From the NCBI GenBank assembly GCA_964016325.1, contig CAXHFZ010000001.1, forward strand, positions 1 through 31,508: a DNA stretch of 31,508 bases, written 5' to 3'. Position 1 is the first letter of the stretch, and the number at the start of each line of letters is the position of its first letter. Source of the DNA: an uncultured Candidatus Poseidoniales archaeon (GTDB lineage: Archaea; Thermoplasmatota; Poseidoniia; Poseidoniales; Thalassarchaeaceae). Positions 14,752 through 24,302 of this stretch are shown here, one piece after another. The notes under the pieces were generated by a model. It was not told where the DNA came from and searched no databases. It saw only the letters and a program-made list of their open reading frames with translations. A program made the translations under genes and the position numbers.

Positions 14752-17700
14752 TATTTTTGTGAAGCATTCCGATGAGAGCGGGAGCGATTATCATGCTAGC
14801 AATCAATGACAGTATTATCATAATAGCACAGAATAACCCAAACGTCGAGAAGAATCCCATTTTTGACTGATTAATTACCATGAATCCTGCAAAGTCAGAT
14901 AGGGCGGAGCCGAATAGTGCAAGTCCAGACGCCCCCCCGACCACTGCTACAGATTCCAACTGGGATTTCCCTTCTTCAATCTCCTCCCGATATCTCTCTA
15001 TTAGGTGAATGACATAGTCAACACCGACTCCCAGTGAGATTGCCGCAATGGAAATAGTAACCATATTCAGGCCATATCCAAACAAATCAACAAGCGCATA
15101 CAGCCATATTATCATGATGAAAATTGGAGTTGTCGTTATTCCTGCGTAAATGAATGGCGTTGTTCCGAAGGATAGTGACAAAATTAGTGCGACAAGCATG
15201 AAATGTAATAGGTATTCATTACCAACCAGGGCTAGTGAAATTAATGCGAAAACTATCACATTTAGAAGGATTGATGGCGAGTTTTTTCTAATGTTAGAAA
15301 TATTCTTTTTTATCCTCTGAACGGCATTCCCATTATCTCTGAATCCCCACCAAAGTGTGAGGAAGCAAAGTAGAACTCCCAAGAGAATCGTATCTTGTAA
15401 ATCGTCTTGCATAGAATCAGCCGCTACAAATCTCACAACTGGCTCACCAGTGGGAATGGCCCACGAGACTGGATGTTTTTCATCCGTAAATGCGTTTTCC
15501 AGTGAACCTCTATTCCTAAGTTGACTAACAGATAGATTCTGTAGTGGCTCCATATCTGCCTCTAGTTGAGTTAGAGCCGGCTCTACCAATGCGAATTGTT
15601 CGGGACTGGATATTCCAAACCGAAGCGTGGCTCTTGGATACCTAGGTGAGTCTCCTTCTTCCGTAAGCCATGGCCTATCAAAGTCAAGCTTACCATCAAC
15701 CTGAAGGAATTCTCCGACTATGCTAGGAGATAATGCAGGATATCCCCCACTAGCTGGAACTCCTCTAGTCATCATGAAACCATACAGGAACTTCAGTGAT
15801 TCACTATCATTGGTGGATGGAATGAAAATAAACTCAAAGTCCCTATTTGGGATTACAACAGTTTCGCATCCTATGCCACCGTCGTTCAAATCAAAGTCCC
15901 ACCCTGCCTGCTCAAATGGGGTCTGGTTCCATGCCATAGCAGCTCTGAGATACCACAGCATCTGGTCCACGGCAAGTAACTCAACCTCGCCGTTTGGAGA
16001 CCTGGTAAATTGATTGGGTTCGTCCGGGGTATGAGAGTTCATATTTTCTCTGAGCTCCTCAATAGCGTCCAGAACTCTGGGATTTGTGAGATTGGCTTCA
16101 AGAAGTATGTATGCAGGTTCCCCCTCGTCACTGAATCTCTGATTTATTAGTCCGACTCCTACAGCTAAATCTGACTCTTCCTCAACAAAGTCTTCAACTT
16201 GGAAGTCTCCTTCAAGAGAAGTCATCAGTGGAACTGCGTATGCAGTGACGAGAAGTACGCAGATAATGACTAGCGGGTACAGCTTGAATGATTTAGTTGT
16301 AATAGAGGATAGCCACGATTTTGGGATCATATGAATTTTATCTGGATCTTCATCTTCAAGTCTGTCCCTGCGCTGCAGCCATTTATCGATATCTAGTCTT
16401 GCAAGAGGAACCCATAATCCTGTGAGGAAAAAGGCACACATTACCCCTATTCCTGCCTCTATACCAAACGATCTCAGAGCTGCGATACTAGATGTAAGAT
16501 TTGCCGAAAATGCGACTATTGTGGTCACAGAGGTCAACATGACTGCAAGACCAACCTTGCTAATTGAAACATGGCTAGACTCTTCTATGGTCTTTCCAGA
16601 GCGTCTCTCCTCCTTGTAACGATGAAGGGAGTGCAGACTGTCATCGATCTCTAGTGCCAGTATCAAAATCGGAAGGAGATTGGAGAACTGTGATCTGAAG
16701 ATAAACTCGAAACCTGTTTTTTGTCCGAAAATCATAGCCCATCCAATCAGTCCATACATCCAGAACAGAGAAACAACCAGACTCGTTGAGACTATTGCAA
16801 CATCGGAGATTCTTCGGAGATTAATCCAAAGGAGTCCCACGACAATGAATGCCATGGCGACTAGTAGATATGCGCTGGAAAGTAATTCTCTATTTATTTC
16901 AACATTTATTGACTCAGCAAACATCAGAGAGACAATATGTTCGTCAGTATCCCGAAGATCCTCTTCTATCGAAAGATACAGCCATTCTACTGAGCAGAGT
17001 GGCTGGTTGTTTTCTTCTCTTTCTTGGCAATATTCGAAAGAATATCTTATTGGGTCTGTTACTAGTGTCAGTCCCTCTCTCTTGTAACCGAAGTCTGTGG
17101 TCGCATTCTTCCATGAAAAGGTCCATCCACTTTCTTGCATTTGCTCCCTATCTAAGTTCACTATCAGCCACGCGGAGGAAGCTGACCACCTTCCTCTCTG
17201 CCAGATTTCAGACTCAAGGTTTCCGTCTTCTCCAATCGTGTGATTTACTGGTCCGATCACGGAGCTATTGGGATCTGGAGTAAATGCCCTGTCATTAGAA
17301 AGGAATCTTAGGAATGAGCCATTGCTACTGTTGGCCATCCTGTGGGCTGCTAGGTCTATGTGGTCTTGTGTTACATTTGGATCATCGAACCGCAGACACT
17401 CTAGTATTCCGCAGTCCGTCCAATTTGTCGGTGCTGGATCCATCGATTCCTCTAGATCCAACGTAAGTGCAAGCTTGTATGGGTTGATTCTTGGTTGTGT
17501 GAGAGAAGAGTTCCCGGACATGAACGATCTGAAGTCGGAAGCAAGATCTAACATTCCCACTGCCGGGTCTCCTGAGATTTCTGATGCGATTGGAAGGAAG
17601 AATCTTGATACGTTGTGGTTTCTCAAAGTATCAGCATTGATGTCAATTTCCCTTAATACTGTTAGATTCAGGATTCCTCCCATAGGAGATTCCAGTCCTG

Positions 17701-17995
17701 AGTTTTCACCGGTGTAGTCTGCGATCATGGAAACATCGGAGTCAGGGTTGCCAAATTCTGCCTCATCTCTTACGAATATTCCAAATCCCCAGATATTTCC
17801 AGCTGCTGTGAACTCTTCCCTAAATACCATGTTAGCATCCAGCTCGGGAGATTCCATCTCGTAGGATTCTATGTCAATTGGTTCAAATGTTGCCAGTATC
17901 CCAGGTATCATGAGAATGGTGAACATAAATACTGAGATGTGAATTCTCTTCCTCCTTGGAATTAGGTAGTCAGCTACCTTGGAGAAGTCACGCAC
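14744..17995 (-). CDS. RND superfamily MMPL/SSD transporter
   Basis: 1083 aa with two TM bundles (ILALEIDDSLH...LTSVTTIVAF and LGVGVDYVIH...SALSDFAGF), two large extracytoplasmic loops and many N-x-S/T sequons. Confidence 0.9.
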   Translation of the reverse strand: MRDFSKVADYLIPRRKRIHISVFMFTILMIPGILATFEPIDIESYEMESPELDANMVFREEFTAAGNIWGFGIFVRDEAEFGNPDSDVSMIADYTGENSGLESPMGGILNLTVLREIDINADTLRNHNVSRFFLPIASEISGDPAVGMLDLASDFRSFMSGNSSLTQPRINPYKLALTLDLEESMDPAPTNWTDCGILECLRFDDPNVTQDHIDLAAHRMANSSNGSFLRFLSNDRAFTPDPNSSVIGPVNHTIGEDGNLESEIWQRGRWSASSAWLIVNLDREQMQESGWTFSWKNATTDFGYKREGLTLVTDPIRYSFEYCQEREENNQPLCSVEWLYLSIEEDLRDTDEHIVSLMFAESINVEINRELLSSAYLLVAMAFIVVGLLWINLRRISDVAIVSTSLVVSLFWMYGLIGWAMIFGQKTGFEFIFRSQFSNLLPILILALEIDDSLHSLHRYKEERRSGKTIEESSHVSISKVGLAVMLTSVTTIVAFSANLTSSIAALRSFGIEAGIGVMCAFFLTGLWVPLARLDIDKWLQRRDRLEDEDPDKIHMIPKSWLSSITTKSFKLYPLVIICVLLVTAYAVPLMTSLEGDFQVEDFVEEESDLAVGVGLINQRFSDEGEPAYILLEANLTNPRVLDAIEELRENMNSHTPDEPNQFTRSPNGEVELLAVDQMLWYLRAAMAWNQTPFEQAGWDFDLNDGGIGCETVVIPNRDFEFIFIPSTNDSESLKFLYGFMMTRGVPASGGYPALSPSIVGEFLQVDGKLDFDRPWLTEEGDSPRYPRATLRFGISSPEQFALVEPALTQLEADMEPLQNLSVSQLRNRGSLENAFTDEKHPVSWAIPTGEPVVRFVAADSMQDDLQDTILLGVLLCFLTLWWGFRDNGNAVQRIKKNISNIRKNSPSILLNVIVFALISLALVGNEYLLHFMLVALILSLSFGTTPFIYAGITTTPIFIMIIWLYALVDLFGYGLNMVTISIAAISLGVGVDYVIHLIERYREEIEEGKSQLESVAVVGGASGLALFGSALSDFAGFMVINQSKMGFFSTFGLFCAIMIILSLIASMIIAPALIGMLHKNTN

Positions 17996-18037
17996 GTTAT
18001 TTCTCTGATGGACCTGTATTTGATTGGTTGTGATGAT

Positions 18038-19006
18038 TCATAAGCCGGCTTCTCTTAGTTGCTCAAGTATTTCTATCTGTTTCTTAGTTAGATTGTCGTT
18101 TTCATGGAGGACGAATTCAATATCCAAATCTCCTCCTTGATGACCATGACCGTTTACTCTTCTCCTGTCTCCTATTTTCGTTCGTTCAGGCACTTCGATC
18201 TGAATTCTCTTTCCCAAGGGCGTGGTAATCCTGACGCTACCTCCCAGAATGAGTGTGGATATTGGCACTGGGGCCTCCTGAATTAGTCTCCCATCCTCCC
18301 ATCTTCTACCTTCCTGAGCGTCAAGTCTTAACGTAATCAGTAAATCTCCTGGGACTCCTTGTGGATGCTCATGACCCATCCCTCTAAGTCTCAGTTGCTG
18401 TCCGTGAATCGCCCCAGGAGGTACCTTGACATTGATTGAGCTCCCCCTTGTCTGTACTCCTGTACCATTACAATCTTTGCAAGTTCTGGCGGTGCCAAAG
18501 CTTGATCCTTCACACTTTTGGCACCTCTTCATCCTTCTATGAGAGAAATTTACTTCCGTGCCAATGATTGCTTGCTCCAAAGTGACATCCAGGCCTGCCT
18601 CTATGTCAGCTCCACGAGATGATGCCTCTCGTTGATTTGAATCAGTGAATGGGGAATGTCTAGATTGCCTGGATTCTGGACCAAATCCAAAGTTTGCATT
18701 CGATCTCCCTCCGACAAACTGGGAGAATAAATCTCCAAAATCAAATCCACGGGAAGATCCCGATGGGGACCTGCCTCCTCTGAACATTTCCTCCATTCGC
18801 CTCTGTTGATCCCACTCCCTCCTTGCCTCGGGTGAGCCTATGGACTCATATGCAGTCTGTATTGATTTGAAGCGCTCTTCAGCGGCGGTATCATTTGGAT
18901 TCCTATCTGGATGATATTGCCTAGCAAGTTTCCTGTATGTCCTCTTTATCTCAGCATCTGAAGAGTCCTTAGAAACACCGAGAACACGATAGGGGTCCTC
19001 TGCCAT
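18038..19006 (-). CDS. dnaJ: DnaJ-family co-chaperone with a reduced Zn finger
   Basis: J domain (DPYRVLGV...YHPDRNP), G/F-rich linker, two CxxCxGxG-type motifs and a C-terminal substrate-binding region (VKVPPG...LRLRGMG...GDL). Confidence 0.88.
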   Translation of the reverse strand: MAEDPYRVLGVSKDSSDAEIKRTYRKLARQYHPDRNPNDTAAEERFKSIQTAYESIGSPEARREWDQQRRMEEMFRGGRSPSGSSRGFDFGDLFSQFVGGRSNANFGFGPESRQSRHSPFTDSNQREASSRGADIEAGLDVTLEQAIIGTEVNFSHRRMKRCQKCEGSSFGTARTCKDCNGTGVQTRGSSINVKVPPGAIHGQQLRLRGMGHEHPQGVPGDLLITLRLDAQEGRRWEDGRLIQEAPVPISTLILGGSVRITTPLGKRIQIEVPERTKIGDRRRVNGHGHQGGDLDIEFVLHENDNLTKKQIEILEQLREAGL

Positions 19007-19090
19007 CGAACCTCGTCAGTATGGCGGGTGCCTTCAACCTGCTGAGAGATTTATCGATGTGCTAATGAGATTGCAGGTAGTGCGAGAGTT

Positions 19091-19690
19091 ATGGCTGTGG
19101 GCTGGGCGGTATTCAGGAACTATGTTGGGCATGCGAAGGAAATTAAGGGAGATGTGACAGATTATCCGAGGTTCTTCCTAATGCCATCGACATCACATGT
19201 AGAATCTGATGAGCTTGGAAATAATGATATCTCACTACTAGTCGATGAGCACATAGACTACGAAGTTGAGATGGTTGTCAGACTCGGTGATAATCTAGAG
19301 CCTGTTGAGATGTGCATCGGGTGCGATACAACGAATAGAACCCGTCAAACCTTAGCTAAAGAGAAGGGTTGGCCATGGCTAGAAGGGAAGAGCTTCCGAG
19401 GCTCTGGGGTTCTGGGTACCTGGGCCCCATGGGACCCAAGAATCATGGAGATTGGTCTTTCTTTGAATGGGGAAACCAAACAATTAGCCACCACTGATCT
19501 GATGGTTCATTCTCTCGACTCAATAATGGAGCATCTTACAGACTGGTATGGATTATGTCCGGGGGATTTGATTTGGACCGGAACTCCCGAAGGAGTAGGG
19601 GCAATGAAAGTAGGCGATAGAGTGGATGCATGGATGAGAAATCCCGATGGGGTAAAGATAAGCATCCTCAGTGCGGAATGCGTCTTGTAG
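19091..19690 (+). CDS. Fumarylacetoacetate hydrolase family protein
   Basis: RNYVGHAKE, DYEVEM, PWLEGKSF and LCPGDLIWTGTPEGVG. Confidence 0.87.
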   Translation: MAVGWAVFRNYVGHAKEIKGDVTDYPRFFLMPSTSHVESDELGNNDISLLVDEHIDYEVEMVVRLGDNLEPVEMCIGCDTTNRTRQTLAKEKGWPWLEGKSFRGSGVLGTWAPWDPRIMEIGLSLNGETKQLATTDLMVHSLDSIMEHLTDWYGLCPGDLIWTGTPEGVGAMKVGDRVDAWMRNPDGVKISILSAECVL

Positions 19691-19701
19691 AATTCGTTTA
19701 C

Positions 19702-19707
19702 TTGATA
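19702..19707 (+). promoter_or_regulatory. Putative TATA-like element (TTGATA) for AIM24
   Basis: 23 nt upstream of ATG 19731 in an AT-rich intergenic region with no SD motif. Confidence 0.35.
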
Positions 19708-19730
19708 AGTACGAATAGTACGCGATAACT

Positions 19731-20441
19731 ATGGACGTTGAGTATGATTTCAGACCAGCCTTCACGCTAATGACTGCAAATTTGGGACCCGGAGAATCCC
19801 TCAAAGTTGAGCCTGGAGCTATGGTAGCCCAGTCTAGAGGTGTTGACATGAAAACTGGTATGGGCGGTGGCGGAGGAATCGGAGGATTCCTAAAGAGCGT
19901 GGTGAAATCCGCTGTCGGAGGAGAGTCCTTCTTTGTCAACACATACACAGCCAGCGGCTCTGGAGGATGGGTATCTTTGGGTCCTTCGGCTCCTGGTGAC
20001 ATAATGGAGTTCCACCTGGCCGCAGGAGAGGAGTTTTTCATGCAAGGTGGGGCATTCATGGCTTGCACTCCGAGCGTTGACATGGATACAAAATTCCAAG
20101 GTGCAAAGTCGCTGTTTTCAAGAGAAGGCGCATTTTTCTTGAGGGCACACACCCCGAGAGGAGTTGAGGGCAAGGTATTCTACACATCATATGGAGCTAT
20201 CAAGGAGATAGACGTCTCACCCAATGCCCCAGTAGTAGTTGACAATGGCCATGTTGTGGCATTCACCACTGGACTATCATATAGTGTGTCCAAAGTTGGT
20301 GGGATGGGATCTGCGTTTTTCGGGGGAGAGGGTTTTGTTCTGGAATTCAATGGTTCAGGCAAGGTATACATACAGACTAGGAATATGGAGAGCTTGGCGA
20401 CGAGATTAATGCCATTCATGCCGACTGCCAGAAGTAACTGA
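19731..20441 (+). CDS. AIM24 / TIGR00266 family protein
   Basis: VEPGAMVA, GGESFFVNTY, GGAFMA, SREGAFFL, VDNGHVVAF and GGEGFVLEFNGSGKVYIQTR. Confidence 0.88.
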   Translation: MDVEYDFRPAFTLMTANLGPGESLKVEPGAMVAQSRGVDMKTGMGGGGGIGGFLKSVVKSAVGGESFFVNTYTASGSGGWVSLGPSAPGDIMEFHLAAGEEFFMQGGAFMACTPSVDMDTKFQGAKSLFSREGAFFLRAHTPRGVEGKVFYTSYGAIKEIDVSPNAPVVVDNGHVVAFTTGLSYSVSKVGGMGSAFFGGEGFVLEFNGSGKVYIQTRNMESLATRLMPFMPTARSN

Positions 20442-20480
20442 CCATGAGAAACTTGAGGTGCGATATCCTCTGGGAGCATC

Positions 20481-21737
20481 ATGGAGCCTGGTGTCAGGAG
20501 GATTACAAGTACTCGTCTCATTGATCATGATGGTAGGATAAGAGAAGGTGATTTCCTTCTTCTCGAAGATGGTTCATACTCCCCTAGCTCTGGAGATGAG
20601 GATGTTAAAGAGACTGTAGATGGAAGGGACCTAGTGATTACTAGATCCCTTCAGAACTGGCATACCCATCTTCCAATGACCCTCAATAGGAGTATGGGAG
20701 AAGGTCTAGCTCTCATGGATTGGTTACAGACTAGTATTTTCCCCAGTGAAAGAAATCTAACCCCAGAGTTGGCATCAATTGGTACCAGGGCGTCATTGGC
20801 TGAGATGATTTCAGGTGGAACCACCTTTGCCTGCGATATGTACCACTTCCCAGGTTCAATAGCTCCAGTAGTCGCTGAATCCGGCATTAGAGGGGTTATT
20901 TGTGGCCCTACCACAGATTGGCCGCCGTCCGAAGAAGGTGAGTCGGATAGTGGGAACGCCCTCAAGGAGCTGGATTCTCTGATTCGCTCTGGTCCTCTTG
21001 GTTCGGGAAGGGTAGAGATAGGGATAGCAACCCATGCCGTTTACACGTGTTCAGAAGAGGTTTTGAGAAAGGCTAGCGAGATGTCTGGAGAATTAGGGGC
21101 AAGGTTGCATATTCATACCTCGGAGACTAGAGAGGAAGTAGCACAGTGCCATGAGAAGACAGGGATGTATCCCATCGAATACTTGGACTCAATTGACTAT
21201 TTTACCGAGGGGACTGTCTGTGCTCACTGTGGATGGGTAACGAAAAAGGAGATGAGGATTCTTGCAAGAAAAGGCGCGCATGCCGTTCACTGCCCGGTTT
21301 CTAACCAGAAGCTAGCTTGTGGTGGAACAATGTCTTACCCGGCGATGATCGACGCAGGTGTTGATGTTAGGTTGGGTACCGATGGTGCTGCTAGCAACAA
21401 TGGTCTTGATATGAGAGCTGAGGCCAGGGCAGCGAGCCTGATACAGAAGCACGATCATTGGGATGCGACAATATTAGATCCTTTAGAGACCTGGCAGCTT
21501 GCGACAAGAGGATCATCAGACTGGGTCACATGGGACTTATCTGATATTCGAATGCGTCCAAGGGGCAGAGGAGGTAGAAGGATTCTATCAAACCTAATTT
21601 ACTCCGGAGCACAATGCATGGATGTTTTTGTTGATGGAAGAGCGATAAGGAGAGATGGCAGGACCCTTACTCTAGACGAGGAAAAGCTGGCACACGAACT
21701 CGAGGATGCGGCTCAGGAATACTATTCTGAAATATGA
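20481..21737 (+). CDS. Amidohydrolase, MTA/SAH deaminase (MtaD/DadD)-like
   Basis: HTH metal motif (NWHTHLPM), EMISGGTTFACDMY, THAVYTC, LHIHTSET, HCPVSNQKL and LGTDGAASNN. Confidence 0.82.
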   Translation: MEPGVRRITSTRLIDHDGRIREGDFLLLEDGSYSPSSGDEDVKETVDGRDLVITRSLQNWHTHLPMTLNRSMGEGLALMDWLQTSIFPSERNLTPELASIGTRASLAEMISGGTTFACDMYHFPGSIAPVVAESGIRGVICGPTTDWPPSEEGESDSGNALKELDSLIRSGPLGSGRVEIGIATHAVYTCSEEVLRKASEMSGELGARLHIHTSETREEVAQCHEKTGMYPIEYLDSIDYFTEGTVCAHCGWVTKKEMRILARKGAHAVHCPVSNQKLACGGTMSYPAMIDAGVDVRLGTDGAASNNGLDMRAEARAASLIQKHDHWDATILDPLETWQLATRGSSDWVTWDLSDIRMRPRGRGGRRILSNLIYSGAQCMDVFVDGRAIRRDGRTLTLDEEKLAHELEDAAQEYYSEI

Positions 21738-21781
21738 TGAGGGCAAACACTTCTTGAAAAGCTAGGGCTCGATGTGGTGTT

Positions 21782-22075
21782 GTGTCCTTACTTGATTATC
21801 TCTTAGCGCCGAGAGAAGATCACAGGGGTTGGAAAACTCCCAGCGAAGCATCCAGAATACTGTTTGTAATGGTAGTGGGTTCGGTTTCTTACTGGGCTTG
21901 GCCGATTACCGAGGGAAATATAGTGATGTGGGCAGGGACAGTGATGATGGTCTCTACGGCTCTGCTTTCTCTGGGGTGGTGGTTACTATCACTGGCCGCC
22001 AAGAACAGGGCACCCAGAAAATTGACAGCTTCCGTAGAAAAGGTTACGAAAAGACGCCGTAAACACTCATCTTGA
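21782..22075 (+). CDS. Small hypothetical membrane protein (two TM helices, basic C-terminal tail)
   Basis: Fills the gap between two genes. GTG start after GTGGTG. Two hydrophobic stretches, then KVTKRRRKHSS. Confidence 0.62.
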   Translation: MSLLDYLLAPREDHRGWKTPSEASRILFVMVVGSVSYWAWPITEGNIVMWAGTVMMVSTALLSLGWWLLSLAAKNRAPRKLTASVEKVTKRRRKHSS

Positions 22076-22088
22076 TTCATTGAAACTA

Positions 22089-24188
22089 TTAAGCAGGTTC
22101 TATTGAATATTCAAGTGTGATCAACTCAACTAGATACTCGACGTCCTCACCGTCATCTGTATGAGTACATCCTATTGCTCCTCCAGTACCTGCTGTAACG
22201 CTAATGTCAAGTGCATATGCTCCTAATCCAATACCTCCAGAGTCCAGTCCCATTGTGATTTGTGATCTTGAAACATTGCTGACGTTTCCTATCATAGATG
22301 AGTCGTACCACTCCACTTCCACCGAGTGTGAGGAAGGGGGGCCATCGGAGTTCTGGCCACTCTCTGTCATATTCTTTTCATTGTGTACCATTGTAGAAGT
22401 GATGGTATCTGGATCCGAGTTGGAGGCCCCTGGTACATTACAGCCAATTCCATTACTGGTTTCATCCTCTGAATAAGTTAGAGTAGCCCTAACTCCAACG
22501 ATATTGAAGTCTTCAGCATCCTCTATCGAGTCTGTGTGCATATTAATGGAAATAGTCTCTCCGTCATTCACATATTCAAATCCATCAGCGAGTTGCTCAC
22601 TTCCGAAATCTGCCTCTACAATCCAATCCCCCGATGTGACGGAGACTGAATCTAATGAATCTGGTCCAGATATAGCATAAGTCGCTTCAATTGCTCCAAA
22701 TGGAATAATCAAGGCGGCTGCAATGGCTCTTGCCTTCCTATCATCTGGCCAATCATATCTGCCCAGTGGAGAGATTTCAGGAGATCTTATCTTATTCATT
22801 ACCAAGTGTGTTATGAAGGCAGCTCCCATTCCTGGAATTGACTCGAATACCTCATTATTCAATCCCAACAATCTCCAAGCAATTACCCCAGTAAGAGCGG
22901 CAATCATCATTGCCATCGTGTGAGTAGTATCAGGCTCATATTCGGCCCATCTGATGATGAGAATAGGTACGAAGATGGAGCCAAGCCCGTACACTGCAAG
23001 TACGACTAGGGAGAATACTGAGTCCCCCCCGGGAACGTAGAGGCCGAAAATCGAGATAGCAGTGGCGAAGGAAGCAACAGCTAAAGTGACTGTCTTCGTC
23101 TTCTTGTGGTCCTGACTAATCTCAGGCATAACATCGTCAGTGAAGGCTGCTGTACATGCCAAAACCTGACTGTCGGCTGTTGACATGGTTGCTGCGAATA
23201 TGGACGCGAGAATCAATCCAACCCAGAAGGGGCCTAGAGTTTCCATTGCCAGCATTGGAAGACCTAGCTCTGGATCGAAATCTGCCCCACTAAAAACCAC
23301 CCTACTAGCCAGTCCAATTATGACCATGATGAGAAGAAAAGGGGTCTGCCATGCAAAGAACCACAACATTGCACTCTTCCTGTCCTTGTCTGTACCTAGT
23401 GTCATAACACGGCTAACAACCTGTGGTTGTCCTGCCACGCTAAGTCCACCCAAGAAGAATGCGAAAGCCCAGAGAGTCAATCCGAATCCCAAATCAGCTG
23501 GGACAATGCTAGTCAGATTGGCGTTCTGTTCCTCCAGACCCGAGTGTAGGCCGCCAAAGCCACCTACCTCTCCCATGGCTACCCAGCATAGCAGAGAAGA
23601 GCCTACAATCATCACGCTCGACTGAGCAGCGTCGGTCCAAATCGAAGCCCTTATTCCGCCAGCATAACAGTAGGCAACGACCAAAACAAATCCGATTAGT
23701 ATTCCTACAACCTCTGACCACCCCAGCATCACATACAAAGCCTTACCACCGCTAGTTAGCTGAGCTGCAGCATACACTGAGAGGAATAGTATCGAAAGCA
23801 TGGCTGCTAGTTTTGCTTCTGGGGAGCCAGTTGCGTCCGAAACCAGGGATGATAGTGATCTTAGTCCTCTGTCATTAGCGGATTGCTGTATGAATTTGTA
23901 CAGCCATAGCCATGCTAAAATCTGTCCTATCATGGATCCTATCGCTATCCAAACTATTGAGTATCCCATCGTGAATGTGAAACCTATGAATCCGATGAAC
24001 ATGTATCCGGAGTTCCAAGTACTGACTGCGGACAAAGCGGCGAGTGCCGGATGCATCCCCCTTCCTGCCACTAAATAGTCATCAGTGGTATCCTCTTTGA
24101 CCAGCATGCTGGCCAGACCGACTCCAGCAAATGCGGTCATGAATAGCAGAAATGAGCCAACGAGAACTAGGTCCACGACTAGATGCAT
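22089..24188 (-). CDS. Sodium:solute symporter (PutP-like) with an extra C-terminal acidic domain
   Basis: DDYLVAGR, ALSAVSTWNSGYMFIG, YCYAGGIRASIWTDAAQ, GQPQVVSRVM and AATMSTADSQVL. Start set at ATG 24188 (alternative 24263). Confidence 0.9.
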   Translation of the reverse strand: MHLVVDLVLVGSFLLFMTAFAGVGLASMLVKEDTTDDYLVAGRGMHPALAALSAVSTWNSGYMFIGFIGFTFTMGYSIVWIAIGSMIGQILAWLWLYKFIQQSANDRGLRSLSSLVSDATGSPEAKLAAMLSILFLSVYAAAQLTSGGKALYVMLGWSEVVGILIGFVLVVAYCYAGGIRASIWTDAAQSSVMIVGSSLLCWVAMGEVGGFGGLHSGLEEQNANLTSIVPADLGFGLTLWAFAFFLGGLSVAGQPQVVSRVMTLGTDKDRKSAMLWFFAWQTPFLLIMVIIGLASRVVFSGADFDPELGLPMLAMETLGPFWVGLILASIFAATMSTADSQVLACTAAFTDDVMPEISQDHKKTKTVTLAVASFATAISIFGLYVPGGDSVFSLVVLAVYGLGSIFVPILIIRWAEYEPDTTHTMAMMIAALTGVIAWRLLGLNNEVFESIPGMGAAFITHLVMNKIRSPEISPLGRYDWPDDRKARAIAAALIIPFGAIEATYAISGPDSLDSVSVTSGDWIVEADFGSEQLADGFEYVNDGETISINMHTDSIEDAEDFNIVGVRATLTYSEDETSNGIGCNVPGASNSDPDTITSTMVHNEKNMTESGQNSDGPPSSHSVEVEWYDSSMIGNVSNVSRSQITMGLDSGGIGLGAYALDISVTAGTGGAIGCTHTDDGEDVEYLVELITLEYSIEPA

Positions 24189-24302
24189 GGGGGACTTGAC
24201 TATCAACAATGGGATTGATACAATTGCCGAGACAGGAGAAGGAGAGTAAATTACAAAATCCATTATTGAGTGTTTTGATGGTCAATGAACATTGAGAATT
24301 AC

